Positions 1 through 9,163 are shown, counted from the stretch's first letter. The stretch is 64,000 bases of DNA from Patescibacteria group bacterium (GCA_019752815.1 JAIELQ010000007.1:40922-104921), one strand, 5' to 3'. Translations and numbers: made by a program. Notes: generated by a model from the sequence alone, not told the origin.

Positions 1-1
1 T

Positions 2-1747
2 ACGACACTGTCTGTTGATGAGCGTATTGAAGATTTGCTTGCGCAAATGACCATGGCAGAAAAGATTGGGCAGATGGCGCTGGTGGAGAAAAATAGTCTG
101 TCTGATGTGGGCGATATTGCAACCTATGGACTAGGAGCAGTGTTAAGTGGTGCGGGAGCAAAGCCAGAAGATAATACGGTTGAAGGTTGGAGTGAGATGA
201 TTGCCGGGTTCCAAACCGAAGCAAAAAAATCACGATTGCAAATCCCTTTGCTCTATGGGGTAGATGCCGTTCATGGTCATGCCATGATTCCAAATGCCAC
301 TGTGTTCCCGCACCAGATTGGTCTCGGGGCAACGGGGGATGCGGATTTGGTGCAGGCGATAGGTGAAGCAACTGCCAAAGATTTGGTGACGTCGGGAGTG
401 AATTGGAACTATGCTCCCAATCTCGATTTGCCCATCGATATTCGCTGGGGGCGAATGTATGAAGCGTTTTCTGATGACCCTTTACTGACTGCTCGGTTAG
501 GAGCGGCGTACGTTCGCGGATTGCAGGCGACATCAACTACAGGAAAAATTCCAGTACTGGCAACCTTGAAACATTTCACCGGCGTTGGTTCGATGCAATG
601 GAATAGTTCTCTCAATAAAAATTATAAACTGGATCAGGGGGTCACCGAAGCCGACGCAAAATTACTCCAGTCAACTTATTTACCGCCGTTTAAAGCGGCG
701 ATTGATGCAGGTGCTCTGTCTGTGATGATTGGGTTACATATGTGGGGTGACGGTAAAATGATCGCCAACAAAGATATCATCACCGGAGAATTAAAAAATA
801 ATTTAGGCTTTACCGGATTTGTTGTATCAGACTGGTACGGACTGTATGAAAATGCAGGCAACAAATTTATGGCTACTGTCCGGGGTATCAATGCTGGGGT
901 TGATATGGTGATGTTACCGTTTGATTATCGAACCTTTATTCGCCATATGACCTGGGCTAATCGATTGGGGTTGATTTCGGATAGTCGCATTGATGATGCG
1001 ACAAGACGAATCTTGCGCGCTAAGTTCACGCTCGGATTATTTGATGGTGATATGACGGTGTCACCGGTATTAGCGCAACATCGAGAATTGTCACGCCAAG
1101 CCGTAGCACAGTCTCTCGTATTGCTTAAGAACGATGTAAAGGTGTTGCCACTACAGCCAACCGTTTCGCATATACGCGTGGCTGGAAGTGCTGCTGACAA
1201 TATTGGGTTGCAGTCGGGAGCCTGGACTGTAGAGTGGCAGGGGGTTGATGGTAACTGGCTCCCGGGTGCCACCTCGATTCTGGACGGTATTAAAAAACAG
1301 GTATCACTAAACACAAATGTTGAATACAGTCTTACGGGAGAGTTTATAACGGCGGTTAAAAAAGTACCCCTGGGGATTGCGGTTGTGGGTGAAACACCAT
1401 ATGCCGAAGGTTGGGGTGATAGAGAGTATCCGATTTTATCAAATGAGGATTTAACAGCGATAAAAAATCTACAAGCGTCCTGTGATAACGTCGTGGTAGT
1501 GATTGTGTCTGGGCGCCCACTATTAATTGCCAATGAAGTAGGCAGTTGGGATACGTTGGTCGCTGCGTGGCTACCTGGAACTGAAGGCATTGGTGTGGCT
1601 GATGTATTGTTCGGAAAGAAACAATTTATGGGCACATTGCCAGTACCGTGGCCAGCTTCCTCCGAGCAATTACCTATGACTCATACCGGAGAAACGGCTG
1701 ATGGTACGCCCGTGCTGTTTCCTCGATACACGGGGCTCGCATATTAA
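2..1747 (+). CDS. Glycoside hydrolase family 3 beta-glucosidase (BglX-like), 5'-partial; reading frame is open to the window start
   Basis: The frame is open from nt 2 (TTLSVDERIEDLLAQMTMAEKIGQM...). GH3 hallmarks are present: KHF.G, the GFVVSDW catalytic Asp region, and a C-terminal beta-sandwich domain. About 570 aa are visible. Confidence 0.85.
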   Translation, partial: TTLSVDERIEDLLAQMTMAEKIGQMALVEKNSLSDVGDIATYGLGAVLSGAGAKPEDNTVEGWSEMIAGFQTEAKKSRLQIPLLYGVDAVHGHAMIPNATVFPHQIGLGATGDADLVQAIGEATAKDLVTSGVNWNYAPNLDLPIDIRWGRMYEAFSDDPLLTARLGAAYVRGLQATSTTGKIPVLATLKHFTGVGSMQWNSSLNKNYKLDQGVTEADAKLLQSTYLPPFKAAIDAGALSVMIGLHMWGDGKMIANKDIITGELKNNLGFTGFVVSDWYGLYENAGNKFMATVRGINAGVDMVMLPFDYRTFIRHMTWANRLGLISDSRIDDATRRILRAKFTLGLFDGDMTVSPVLAQHRELSRQAVAQSLVLLKNDVKVLPLQPTVSHIRVAGSAADNIGLQSGAWTVEWQGVDGNWLPGATSILDGIKKQVSLNTNVEYSLTGEFITAVKKVPLGIAVVGETPYAEGWGDREYPILSNEDLTAIKNLQASCDNVVVVIVSGRPLLIANEVGSWDTLVAAWLPGTEGIGVADVLFGKKQFMGTLPVPWPASSEQLPMTHTGETADGTPVLFPRYTGLAY

Positions 1748-1751
1748 TGTT

Positions 1752-3005
1752 ATGCCTAAACTAACAAAGTCCACATCAATATGGGACGTAACCGTCATTG
1801 GTGGCGGTCCGGCGGGAATGATGGCTGCCATTGAAGCCGGAGCACGTGGCAAGCGGGTTCTATTGATTGAGAAAAATGCTGGGTTAGGTAAGAAGCTGTT
1901 GATTACCGGTGGTGGTCGGTGTAATGTCACCAATAATAAACCAGTGGTGCGGGAGATGTTGAGTCAGTATAAAGAGGCCGGTAAATTTTTGTTCTCAACG
2001 TTTATGCAGTACGGAGTCAAAGAGACAATTGATTTTTTTGCACGTTATAATTTACCGTTTATCGAAGAAAATGAAGGACGTTTGTTTCCGAACACACAAA
2101 AAGCTGAATCAGTTTTTAATGTACTACAGCAAGCTTTGCAAGAGCATGCAGTTACGATTCAGACAGGTAAGAAAGTGGCAGTAATTAAAAAAGCAGGCAC
2201 CCAGTTTAGTGTGGAGTTGTCAGATGGTGAACAAGTACTAACTCAGGCTGTGGTGGTAGCAACCGGCGGCACCGCGAGGCCTGAAACTGGATCAACTGGT
2301 GAGGGATTTCAGTGGTTGGCAGAATTGGGTCACACCATACACGCGGGCAGTACCTCACTAGTTCCGATAACGGTTGCAGAAGACTGGGTAGCAGTGCTCG
2401 GTGGTGTCAGTCTGCCTGAGGCAACACTCAGTATCTACTGTAATGGTACTAAACGACATAAAGCCACTGGGAAATTACTGTTCACACATATTGGTTTGTC
2501 TGGTCCCTTGATTTTAAATCAAAGTAAATTGATTGGTGATTTGTTGGTAGAGGGAGATGTGGTAATAAAAATAGATATCACACCAACGATTGATGCCAGT
2601 GTTATCCAGGCGGAATTACTCGCACTGTTTACCGCTACACCAAATAAAAAACTTAAAAATGTGCTGGGTGAAATAATTAAACCAGCACTCGTGACACCGC
2701 TCTTGCAGTCGCTTATGCTCGATGGAGATGTTCCAGTACACAGCATTACTGCAGCCAATCGTAAACGAATTGGAGTCGTGCTTAAGGCACTGCCTCTCTC
2801 TGTTACGGGTTTGCTTGGTCCTGATAAAGCGGTTGCTACCGCCGGTGGTGTAGATTTGACTGAGGTTGATTTTAAAACGATGGAGTCCAAAATTATACCA
2901 GGGTTGTATATCATTGGAGATGTTCTTGATATCAATCGACCATCAGGGGGATATAGTCTCCAATTAACTTGGTCCACCGGTGCTGTTGCTGGTAGACATG
3001 TCTAA
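1752..3005 (+). CDS. HI0933/BaiN-family FAD/NAD(P)-binding flavoprotein (aminoacetone oxidase-like)
   Basis: N-terminal Rossmann motif DVTVIGGGPAGMMAAIEAGARGKRVLLIEKN followed by GGGRCNVTN, which is typical of the HI0933 family. The ATG at 1752 sits 4 nt after the GH3 stop. Confidence 0.8.
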   Translation: MPKLTKSTSIWDVTVIGGGPAGMMAAIEAGARGKRVLLIEKNAGLGKKLLITGGGRCNVTNNKPVVREMLSQYKEAGKFLFSTFMQYGVKETIDFFARYNLPFIEENEGRLFPNTQKAESVFNVLQQALQEHAVTIQTGKKVAVIKKAGTQFSVELSDGEQVLTQAVVVATGGTARPETGSTGEGFQWLAELGHTIHAGSTSLVPITVAEDWVAVLGGVSLPEATLSIYCNGTKRHKATGKLLFTHIGLSGPLILNQSKLIGDLLVEGDVVIKIDITPTIDASVIQAELLALFTATPNKKLKNVLGEIIKPALVTPLLQSLMLDGDVPVHSITAANRKRIGVVLKALPLSVTGLLGPDKAVATAGGVDLTEVDFKTMESKIIPGLYIIGDVLDINRPSGGYSLQLTWSTGAVAGRHV

Positions 3006-3035
3006 AAAATAGAGGTGACATCTAAAACTGGTAAG

Positions 3036-3140
3036 CTTCGTTGTTGTCTTTCAAAAAATAAATTTCAACGTACAATAAGTACGTCTCAAATTATTTTTCT
3101 CAGTCGCCTAGAATCTTACTCAGTTTTAAACGTCAAACTA
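3036..3140 (+). repeat. Family-B intergenic MITE/REP-like element (copy 1), with the cgtac-N-gtacg core hairpin
   Basis: About 75% identical to the elements at 14753-14866, 22709-22820 and 47328-47442. Shares cgttgttg...caacgtacaataagtacgtctc...gtcgcctagaatcttactc. Confidence 0.6.
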
Positions 3141-3151
3141 ACATTCAAACC

Positions 3152-3385
3152 ATGACAGAACAACCAAAAAATCCCCTACACGGAATAACTCTTAAAATGA
3201 TTTTGGAGACTCTCATTTCCGAGTATGGATTTCCAACATTAGGTACTAAAATCAACATCAAATGTTTTCAAGAAAAACCAAGTCTTAATTCGAGTCTAGT
3301 CTTTTTGCGCAAAACACCATGGGCACGGGCGAAGGTAGAAAAGCTTTATTTACAGACAGTTAAACGGAAAAAGACTGGTCAGTAG
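3152..3385 (+). CDS. VF530/DUF2132-family small protein
   Basis: 77 aa. The motifs PLHGITLKMILETL...KINIKCF...PSLNSSLVFLRKTPWARAKVE match the conserved DUF2132 pattern. Confidence 0.6.
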   Translation: MTEQPKNPLHGITLKMILETLISEYGFPTLGTKINIKCFQEKPSLNSSLVFLRKTPWARAKVEKLYLQTVKRKKTGQ

Positions 3386-3433
3386 TGTATTGTTTTCAAT
3401 AATACTACCTATTTCGTTGTATACTATAGACAT

Positions 3434-3700
3434 ATGAAATTAATCATCATTATCCAAACGCTGATTATTATTGCCGGTGCGTATTACGTATATTTACTGA
3501 GCAATCCAAAAGAAGTCATTGTTGAACCTGTGCCTGAAGCGAGTGTGCCGGTGATTGAATCTGATTCTGTTCGTGAAGGCTACACTCCACCAACCGTAAA
3601 CCCGCCCGCTGATCCCGCTACCCTCAATAGTGAAGTGACAGGGCATAGTGACGTAGGAATGGAGTACCCAATTCCTGACGAAGAAATCCAGGTTCGGTAA
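3434..3700 (+). CDS. Small N-terminally membrane-anchored hypothetical protein
   Basis: 88 aa with a hydrophobic N-terminus and a Pro/acidic tail. Followed immediately by a terminator. Confidence 0.4.
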   Translation: MKLIIIIQTLIIIAGAYYVYLLSNPKEVIVEPVPEASVPVIESDSVREGYTPPTVNPPADPATLNSEVTGHSDVGMEYPIPDEEIQVR

Positions 3701-3716
3701 TCATCCAAGTTACAAA

Positions 3717-3755
3717 CTAAAAGCACGAGACATTGTCTCGTGCTTTTAGTTTTTA
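3717..3755 (+). terminator. Rho-independent terminator
   Basis: Perfect inverted repeat aaaagcacgagaca/tgtctcgtgctttt followed by a T-run. Confidence 0.7.
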
Positions 3756-3790
3756 GTAAACGCAATGATTCTTCTAGTAAGAATTGATTA

Positions 3791-3890
3791 AAATAGAGTC
3801 AGTCCTAGGCGCACAAGGAATTTAGGTCGAGGCGTACATCTGTACGATGAGGCATAAATTTCCGCAGTGCAACAACGGAATGAACTATTT
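3791..3890 (-). repeat. Family-B MITE/REP-like element (copy 2, inverted relative to copy 1)
   Basis: The reverse complement reads ttccgttgttgcactgcggaaattt...catcgtacagatgtacgcctc...ccttgtgcgcctaggactgactc, which is collinear with the 14753-14866 copy. Confidence 0.6.
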
Positions 3891-4628
3891 TTATCGATTC
3901 GTGTAGTCTTTTTCTACGTATATAGAAACTGTCCTGCGCTTTCGGGCCTTGCCTTTCAGTACATGTTTATGTGACTTGTAAATTTTATGGACGATAAATT
4001 TTTCTGATAAAAATTCAGTGAGCGCTTCAAGTGAGTAGACGTACTCATCTACACCAATGACGGGGTGGACGTACGAACCAGTTTCCTTGCCGGGGAAGTC
4101 ACGTAATAGTCGGCGGGTATGTAAATCTTCATCTGCCAAAAAAGTCTTCATGAATAAAAATCCACCTGGAACGAGCACGCGATAAATTTCATCACGGAGG
4201 GTCTGTCGTTCCTTTTGATTTAAAAAGTGTGACGTCATCATGTCGAGCACTAATGTTTGTGAGTTGTCAGGTACATCAAGAGGTCCCGCAATACTGCGCG
4301 CGGTGTAATCTATTGCGTAGTCGGCTGAAGCTGCTTTGGCTTGGTCAATCGCAGAAACAGAAATATCATAGCCAATACCCTTCATGCCAAATTCTCGGGC
4401 GAGGAAAATTATGTTACGTCCATTGCCACACCCTACATCGAGGACAGAGGCGGTTTGCGCTAATATATCACCACGTTTTTGACGAATAATGTAGCGAGTG
4501 AATTTCTCCAAGTCTTCACTATGGTCTGACGATAGTTTTAAGTGGCTAGCTTCTTTATACTCCTTATCCCAAAAGGTAGTACCATGTGTCTTCTTTTTCT
4601 GTTTGCGTATAAAGGGTCGTTTTGCCAT
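3891..4628 (-). CDS. Class I SAM-dependent methyltransferase
   Basis: VLDVGCGNGRNIIFLA is SAM-binding motif I; LVPGGFLF is the post-II region. The likely start is MAKRPFIRKQ at 4628. Confidence 0.8.
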   Translation of the reverse strand: MAKRPFIRKQKKKTHGTTFWDKEYKEASHLKLSSDHSEDLEKFTRYIIRQKRGDILAQTASVLDVGCGNGRNIIFLAREFGMKGIGYDISVSAIDQAKAASADYAIDYTARSIAGPLDVPDNSQTLVLDMMTSHFLNQKERQTLRDEIYRVLVPGGFLFMKTFLADEDLHTRRLLRDFPGKETGSYVHPVIGVDEYVYSLEALTEFLSEKFIVHKIYKSHKHVLKGKARKRRTVSIYVEKDYTNR

Positions 4629-4725
4629 CGGGATTTTATGAAATCTTATTACATCATAAAAAGTTGTAACTTGCAAGGTTAATAGCATTAGAATACGCTA
4701 TTTAATTTGCTATACTAGGCGGTAT

Positions 4726-5451
4726 ATGAAAAATCCTTGGGTAATAATCGGAGTTTTGATGGTGGTGCTTATTGGTGGTTCAGTCTGGTACTCAAATAGT
4801 GTCTCTGCAACCTACAATGAAGGGGTCGAAGTCAAAGCACATATTAAAGGTGGTGAAAACGCCGCTGTGACGTTGGTTGAATACAGTGACTTTCAATGTC
4901 CTGCTTGTGGAGCATTTCAGCCCGTTCTGAATGAGGTGTTGGCACAATACGGAGACAAAATTAAATTTGAATACAAACACTACCCGCTCGTGCAAATTCA
5001 CCCGTTTGCCGAACCAGCCGCGCGCGCCGCAGAAGCGGCTGCCCAGCAAGGTAAATTCTTTGAATTTGCTGATATGTTGTTCGAGAAACAAGCTGAGTGG
5101 AGTAAGGGTAGTAACCCTACCGGTTTCTTTACCCGATATGCGACTGAACTCGGTCTTGATATGGAGTTATTCGCCAAGCACCAGAAATCGAGCCTATTAA
5201 GTGATAACGTGCGTGCCCATATGGCGGAAGCGCGTGGTTTAGGACTAACCGGCACACCGTCGTTTTATCTCAATGGTGTAAAAATGGAAAATTCCACCTT
5301 TGAAGACTTTAAAGCGCAAATTGAAGCAGCGGTGAATCCGCAAGTAGATTTCAATCTTCCAAGTGAAGAACTACGAATGATTCCAGTAGAAGGGGAAGCG
5401 AGTACTACCGCAGAAGCGACTGCCACTCCCGCAGTACAGTTTGGGATTTAA
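4726..5451 (+). CDS. DsbA-family thiol:disulfide oxidoreductase, membrane-anchored
   Basis: N-terminal TM segment, a CPAC active site (EYSDFQCPACGAF), and a thioredoxin-like fold with an Ala-rich C-tail. Confidence 0.8.
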   Translation: MKNPWVIIGVLMVVLIGGSVWYSNSVSATYNEGVEVKAHIKGGENAAVTLVEYSDFQCPACGAFQPVLNEVLAQYGDKIKFEYKHYPLVQIHPFAEPAARAAEAAAQQGKFFEFADMLFEKQAEWSKGSNPTGFFTRYATELGLDMELFAKHQKSSLLSDNVRAHMAEARGLGLTGTPSFYLNGVKMENSTFEDFKAQIEAAVNPQVDFNLPSEELRMIPVEGEASTTAEATATPAVQFGI

Positions 5452-5453
5452 GT

Positions 5454-6176
5454 ATGGAGCGAGCGCCTCAAGAGTTTGATACTGAAGCGTTTGATGAATA
5501 TATCTACCCACAGTTTTCACGAGCTAAGGTCTCAGTGTTGAGTGACGTGAAGCCCGATAAAAAATGTTTAACAGAAGTGAAGACAGATTTTATCGCGGGG
5601 AAAATTGAAGAACCAGTTTTGACGTACGAAAAAAATAAAGACACTTGGTACGACGAGCCAGAAATTATCCTGTTAGATTTAAAGAACGAACTTATAGTGC
5701 GTGGAGATATTCCTGAATTTATTCGAGAGCAATATATTTGGGCAATTAATGAGAAGATTGCAAAAATCCGTATGCTGCGCGAGACTCAGGCAGTTACAAA
5801 AGGCGGTGATGTGGAATATCACATGAAGCGCTTTCAACGGTATGCTGACTTTATGTACGGTCAACCAGACCCAAAAATTTTTAATGGGGTAATGCAGCGG
5901 ATTGAACATGAGATTACTGTCACCAAAAATCAAGAAAACGAATCTTCGGAAATTGCTGCAGCAAGAAAAAAACTTTTAGAAATTATTGAGAGTTACAAAG
6001 CTGATAATCCGTACCTAGATTCGCTACAAAATATTAATATTGAGGGTCCCAAAACTGACGAGGAAATTGTAACTGATGCGGAAGTCTTAAAAAAATATTC
6101 GAAGAGGCTCTCATTTCGTACGGCTTGGATGATTGGAAAGTGGTTATTGACAAAAGTGGAACGAGGACAGCCATAG
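5454..6176 (+). CDS. DUF1704 / QEGLA-motif family protein, N-terminal portion of a gene split by an apparent frameshift
   Basis: Frame 0 ends shortly after an A7 run at 6089-6095. The -1 frame continues with ...EEALISYGLDDWKVV, which is characteristic of DUF1704. Confidence 0.55.
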   Translation: MERAPQEFDTEAFDEYIYPQFSRAKVSVLSDVKPDKKCLTEVKTDFIAGKIEEPVLTYEKNKDTWYDEPEIILLDLKNELIVRGDIPEFIREQYIWAINEKIAKIRMLRETQAVTKGGDVEYHMKRFQRYADFMYGQPDPKIFNGVMQRIEHEITVTKNQENESSEIAAARKKLLEIIESYKADNPYLDSLQNINIEGPKTDEEIVTDAEVLKKYSKRLSFRTAWMIGKWLLTKVERGQP

Positions 6177-6811
6177 CCGTTTCCGGAGATGGGAAAAAAG
6201 TCTTATTGCCAACATCTGAAAAGCTAGCGCTTCGAAGTAAGAAGCGACAATTGTCAATGTCTATGATCAAAGGTCTTATTGCTCATGAAATTGGTACGCA
6301 TGGACTCCGAAAAAAGAACGGCCAACAGTCCAAAGTACTACTCTTGAGCTCAGGATTAGATAGATATGAACAAGGCGAGGAAGGTCTCGCTACATTTAGG
6401 GAACAAGCTGAAACACCGACAGCAGATTATGCTGGTTTAGAGGCATACTTTGCTATTGGAATAGCAAAAGGCATGGATGGTGGGTCAAAGCGTAATTTTG
6501 CGCAAGTATTTGAAATTTTAACAAATTATTATCTTATCTCAGAGAACACTGATACTGCTCGTGCTAAAGAATTAGCTTGGAGTCGTTGCGAGCGTATTTT
6601 TCGGGGCACAACTGGAACTGTGCCGGGAGTAGTTTTCTCAAAAGACCTCATGTATCGTGAGGGTAATATATCTCACTGGAAAGCAGTAGCTAATGGTGCG
6701 TTAGATGGCCTTGATTTAGATTCTGGAAAATTTGACCCAACTAATCCACGGCATGTTAATTTTCTCAATAATCTTAAGGAATTGAATCAGAAAGTGGATC
6801 AGCTGCAATAA
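6125..6811 (+). CDS. DUF1704 / QEGLA-motif family protein, C-terminal portion (HEIGTH metal-binding motif, EEGLA motif)
   Basis: LIAHEIGTHGLR is an HExxxH motif, and YEQGEEGLATFREQAE matches the TIGR02421-type QEGLA motif. This part continues the upstream ORF in another frame. Confidence 0.55.
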   Translation: MDDWKVVIDKSGTRTAIAVSGDGKKVLLPTSEKLALRSKKRQLSMSMIKGLIAHEIGTHGLRKKNGQQSKVLLLSSGLDRYEQGEEGLATFREQAETPTADYAGLEAYFAIGIAKGMDGGSKRNFAQVFEILTNYYLISENTDTARAKELAWSRCERIFRGTTGTVPGVVFSKDLMYREGNISHWKAVANGALDGLDLDSGKFDPTNPRHVNFLNNLKELNQKVDQLQ

Positions 6812-6867
6812 ATACACTTTGTGGAAGGTTTTTTACAAAAGTATTTGATTGTTATTCGTATAAGATT

Positions 6868-7734
6868 TTATGAGACTTCAATTATTTTAGCTATTGTAGA
6901 AAATACAAAGTCTTTACCATAAATAGATTCGAATCCGTTTATCTGAGGAGATTTATTGACTTCGAGTACAATAGGTCCGTTTTCGGTATGAATAAAATCT
7001 ACACCGCCAAAATCTATGCCGGTTGCTTTGCAGGCAGCAATGGCAATTGCGGCCTCACTTTCGGTTAGTGTGTACGGTTCAACCAGGGCGCCTTTAGCTA
7101 CGTTGTTGTGAAAGGCTCCGTTTTGGGCAATGCGTTTGATAGTGCCCAGAATTTTTCCGTTAAAGACCAAGGTGCGGGTGTCAAAGGTATTAGGGATGAC
7201 ACGTTGGATTAGACATAGTCTGTGAGTCGGTTTTTCAGAAATGAGGTCGTCAAGTTCTGTGCGGTTTTGTACCAGCACCACATTCCTGCCTTGGCTACCA
7301 TCAGTTTTAAACACACAGGGGAAAAATAGTTTCGATCGTAGGTATTCTTCATTGCTTACAAAAGAGTCTTCCTGAAAAATAACTGTTTCGGGAATTTTTA
7401 TGTTTGCACGTGCTAGAGCAGCCATTTGGGTAATTTTTTCTTCAGCATGCACAAATTTTTGGTTCACCGGATCGTTCATTTTGACTCCCAGTGAGTCCAA
7501 GTGTTCAAAAAGAATTCCGCAGAAATGTTGATCATGTGCCCGCAGTCGAGTAAATAAATAATCAATATTAAAATCGCAGACTTCGTTTTTATGGACAAAG
7601 GTAATTAATCCGGTGTCATCAATATGCAGCAGCATATTTTTTGAACGATAGAATACAAGTGAGGAAGTATCTACTCCCAGAGCAAAGGCGGCTCGAGTTT
7701 TACTACCGGCGTTTAATAAGGCAATTTTTTGCAT
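6868..7734 (-). CDS. RimK-like ATP-grasp ligase (alpha-L-glutamate ligase-related)
   Basis: ATP-grasp motifs are present (FPCVFKTDGSQGRNVVLV, GGVDFIHTENGPIVLEVNKSPQ). It is convergent with and adjacent to the DUF1704 gene. Confidence 0.75.
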   Translation of the reverse strand: MQKIALLNAGSKTRAAFALGVDTSSLVFYRSKNMLLHIDDTGLITFVHKNEVCDFNIDYLFTRLRAHDQHFCGILFEHLDSLGVKMNDPVNQKFVHAEEKITQMAALARANIKIPETVIFQEDSFVSNEEYLRSKLFFPCVFKTDGSQGRNVVLVQNRTELDDLISEKPTHRLCLIQRVIPNTFDTRTLVFNGKILGTIKRIAQNGAFHNNVAKGALVEPYTLTESEAAIAIAACKATGIDFGGVDFIHTENGPIVLEVNKSPQINGFESIYGKDFVFSTIAKIIEVS

Positions 7735-7839
7735 AGGATTAACAGTCTAGCATGCCTCAGTAAAAAAGATAGACGGGTGATTGTATCTGTGCTATAATCA
7801 TGGCATCTAACATTCTCCTTGTTGCCAGCAACAATATTT

Positions 7840-9114
7840 CCTATGTCTAAAAAAGCAGAAAAAAACATTATTGCTTTTGTGGCTAATTTGCCGCAATCGT
7901 CTGTTGAGAGTATTCATGCGTATGGGAAAAAGACCGGTCAAAAGTTCCGTATTATGTTGATTTTAGATAAGAAGCATACTGAACTCAAGAGAGAGCCACA
8001 ATGTGATATTTTGCTCAAAATTGATTTTTCTAAGTCAGAAAAAATTACAGAAGCCCTGTTACCATATGAGAACCAGTTACTTGCGATTACCTGTCGGAGT
8101 GAAGCTAATATTGCTCGGTTTGCCAAAATTATCCCCTGTGTTCCGTATTTACGAACTCCAACAAGTGAATCATTGTCGTGGGCCACTGATAAGTATGAAA
8201 TGCGGAAACGCTTTAAGCTGTATGACCCAAAGATCACTCCCAAGTTTACGCTTGTAAAAGATACCTCTGTCGCTGAATCAAAACGACTAATTGAAAAAAT
8301 TGGTTTTCCTATGATTATTAAACCGGCCAACTTGGCGGCGAGTTTGTTTGTGACTATTTGTTATCACGAAGATGAGCTTAAAACTGCTCTCGCTACCTGT
8401 TTCCGCAAAATCCGTAAAGCGTACGAAAACGATAAACGGTTAGAGGAACCAAAAGTTATTGCTGAAGAGTACATGGAAGGTGACATCTATTCCATTGATA
8501 GTTACGTAAATTCGCGTGGTACGGTCTATCACTTGCCGATGGTCCGGGTGAAAACTGGTAAAGACATTGGTCACCATGACTTTTATGGGTATACCCAGAT
8601 GACACCAACAATTCTCAAACGCGACACTATTAAGCGTGCTGAAGCAGTAGCTGAGACTGCTATTCATGCGCTCGGGTTACGCAGCTCAACTGCTCATACA
8701 GAACTGATGAAAATTGACGGAGAGTTTAAGGTCATTGAACTGGGACCTCGTATGGGCGGGGCGCGGGATAAGCTCTATAACCTCAGCTGTAACATTGACC
8801 ACCCTCTGAACGATGTTCTCATTCGTATTCCAAAAAAACCAAAAATTCCAAAAAAATGTAATGGTAATGCCGTCTACATGAAATGGTTCTTACCTAAAGA
8901 AGGCATCATCACGTCGCTCGCTGGTATCAAGAAAATTGAACAATTGGAATCATTTTACAAAATTGAAGTGAATAAAAAAATCGGTGATCGGGCTACATTT
9001 GCCCGTAGTGGAGGACGATCAGTCTTTAATTTGTATCTCTATAATGCCGATCGGGCAAAATTGTTGGCAGATATTCGGCGGGTGGAGCAATTGGTGAAGA
9101 TTAAGCTACGGTAA
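7840..9114 (+). CDS. ATP-grasp domain ligase (L-amino-acid/carboxylate-amine ligase-like) with an N-terminal accessory domain
   Basis: FPMIIKPANLAAS, EEYMEGDIYSIDSY and HTELMKIDGEFKVIELGPRMGG match ATP-grasp B/C-loop patterns. A TATAAT -10 box lies at 7791-7796. The ATG at 7840 is preferred over the TTG at 7819. Confidence 0.6.
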   Translation, partial: PMSKKAEKNIIAFVANLPQSSVESIHAYGKKTGQKFRIMLILDKKHTELKREPQCDILLKIDFSKSEKITEALLPYENQLLAITCRSEANIARFAKIIPCVPYLRTPTSESLSWATDKYEMRKRFKLYDPKITPKFTLVKDTSVAESKRLIEKIGFPMIIKPANLAASLFVTICYHEDELKTALATCFRKIRKAYENDKRLEEPKVIAEEYMEGDIYSIDSYVNSRGTVYHLPMVRVKTGKDIGHHDFYGYTQMTPTILKRDTIKRAEAVAETAIHALGLRSSTAHTELMKIDGEFKVIELGPRMGGARDKLYNLSCNIDHPLNDVLIRIPKKPKIPKKCNGNAVYMKWFLPKEGIITSLAGIKKIEQLESFYKIEVNKKIGDRATFARSGGRSVFNLYLYNADRAKLLADIRRVEQLVKIKLR

Positions 9115-9120
9115 GGGGAT

Positions 9121-9150
9121 ACACAAGCGAGCGTAGCTCGCTTGTGTTTG
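9121..9150 (+). terminator. Rho-independent terminator
   Basis: acacaagcgagc-gta-gctcgcttgtgt followed by ttgg. Confidence 0.6.
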
Positions 9151-9163
9151 GTATGATGAATGT

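Noticed and set aside
925-1635. Long antisense ORFs inside confirmed genes, for example 925-1635 (-), 15838-16428 (-), 30183-30518 (-), 51121-51573 (-) and 54722-55210 (-)
   Set aside because: They lie entirely within strongly supported sense-strand genes (GH3, GH5-like, surface proteins). Their products are low-complexity Pro/Ser/Arg strings typical of antisense frames in GC-skewed coding sequence.
6905-6935. tRNA T-arm-like string agattcgaatccg
   Set aside because: It lies inside the RimK-like CDS with no acceptor, D or anticodon arm structure around it. No tRNA could be folded.
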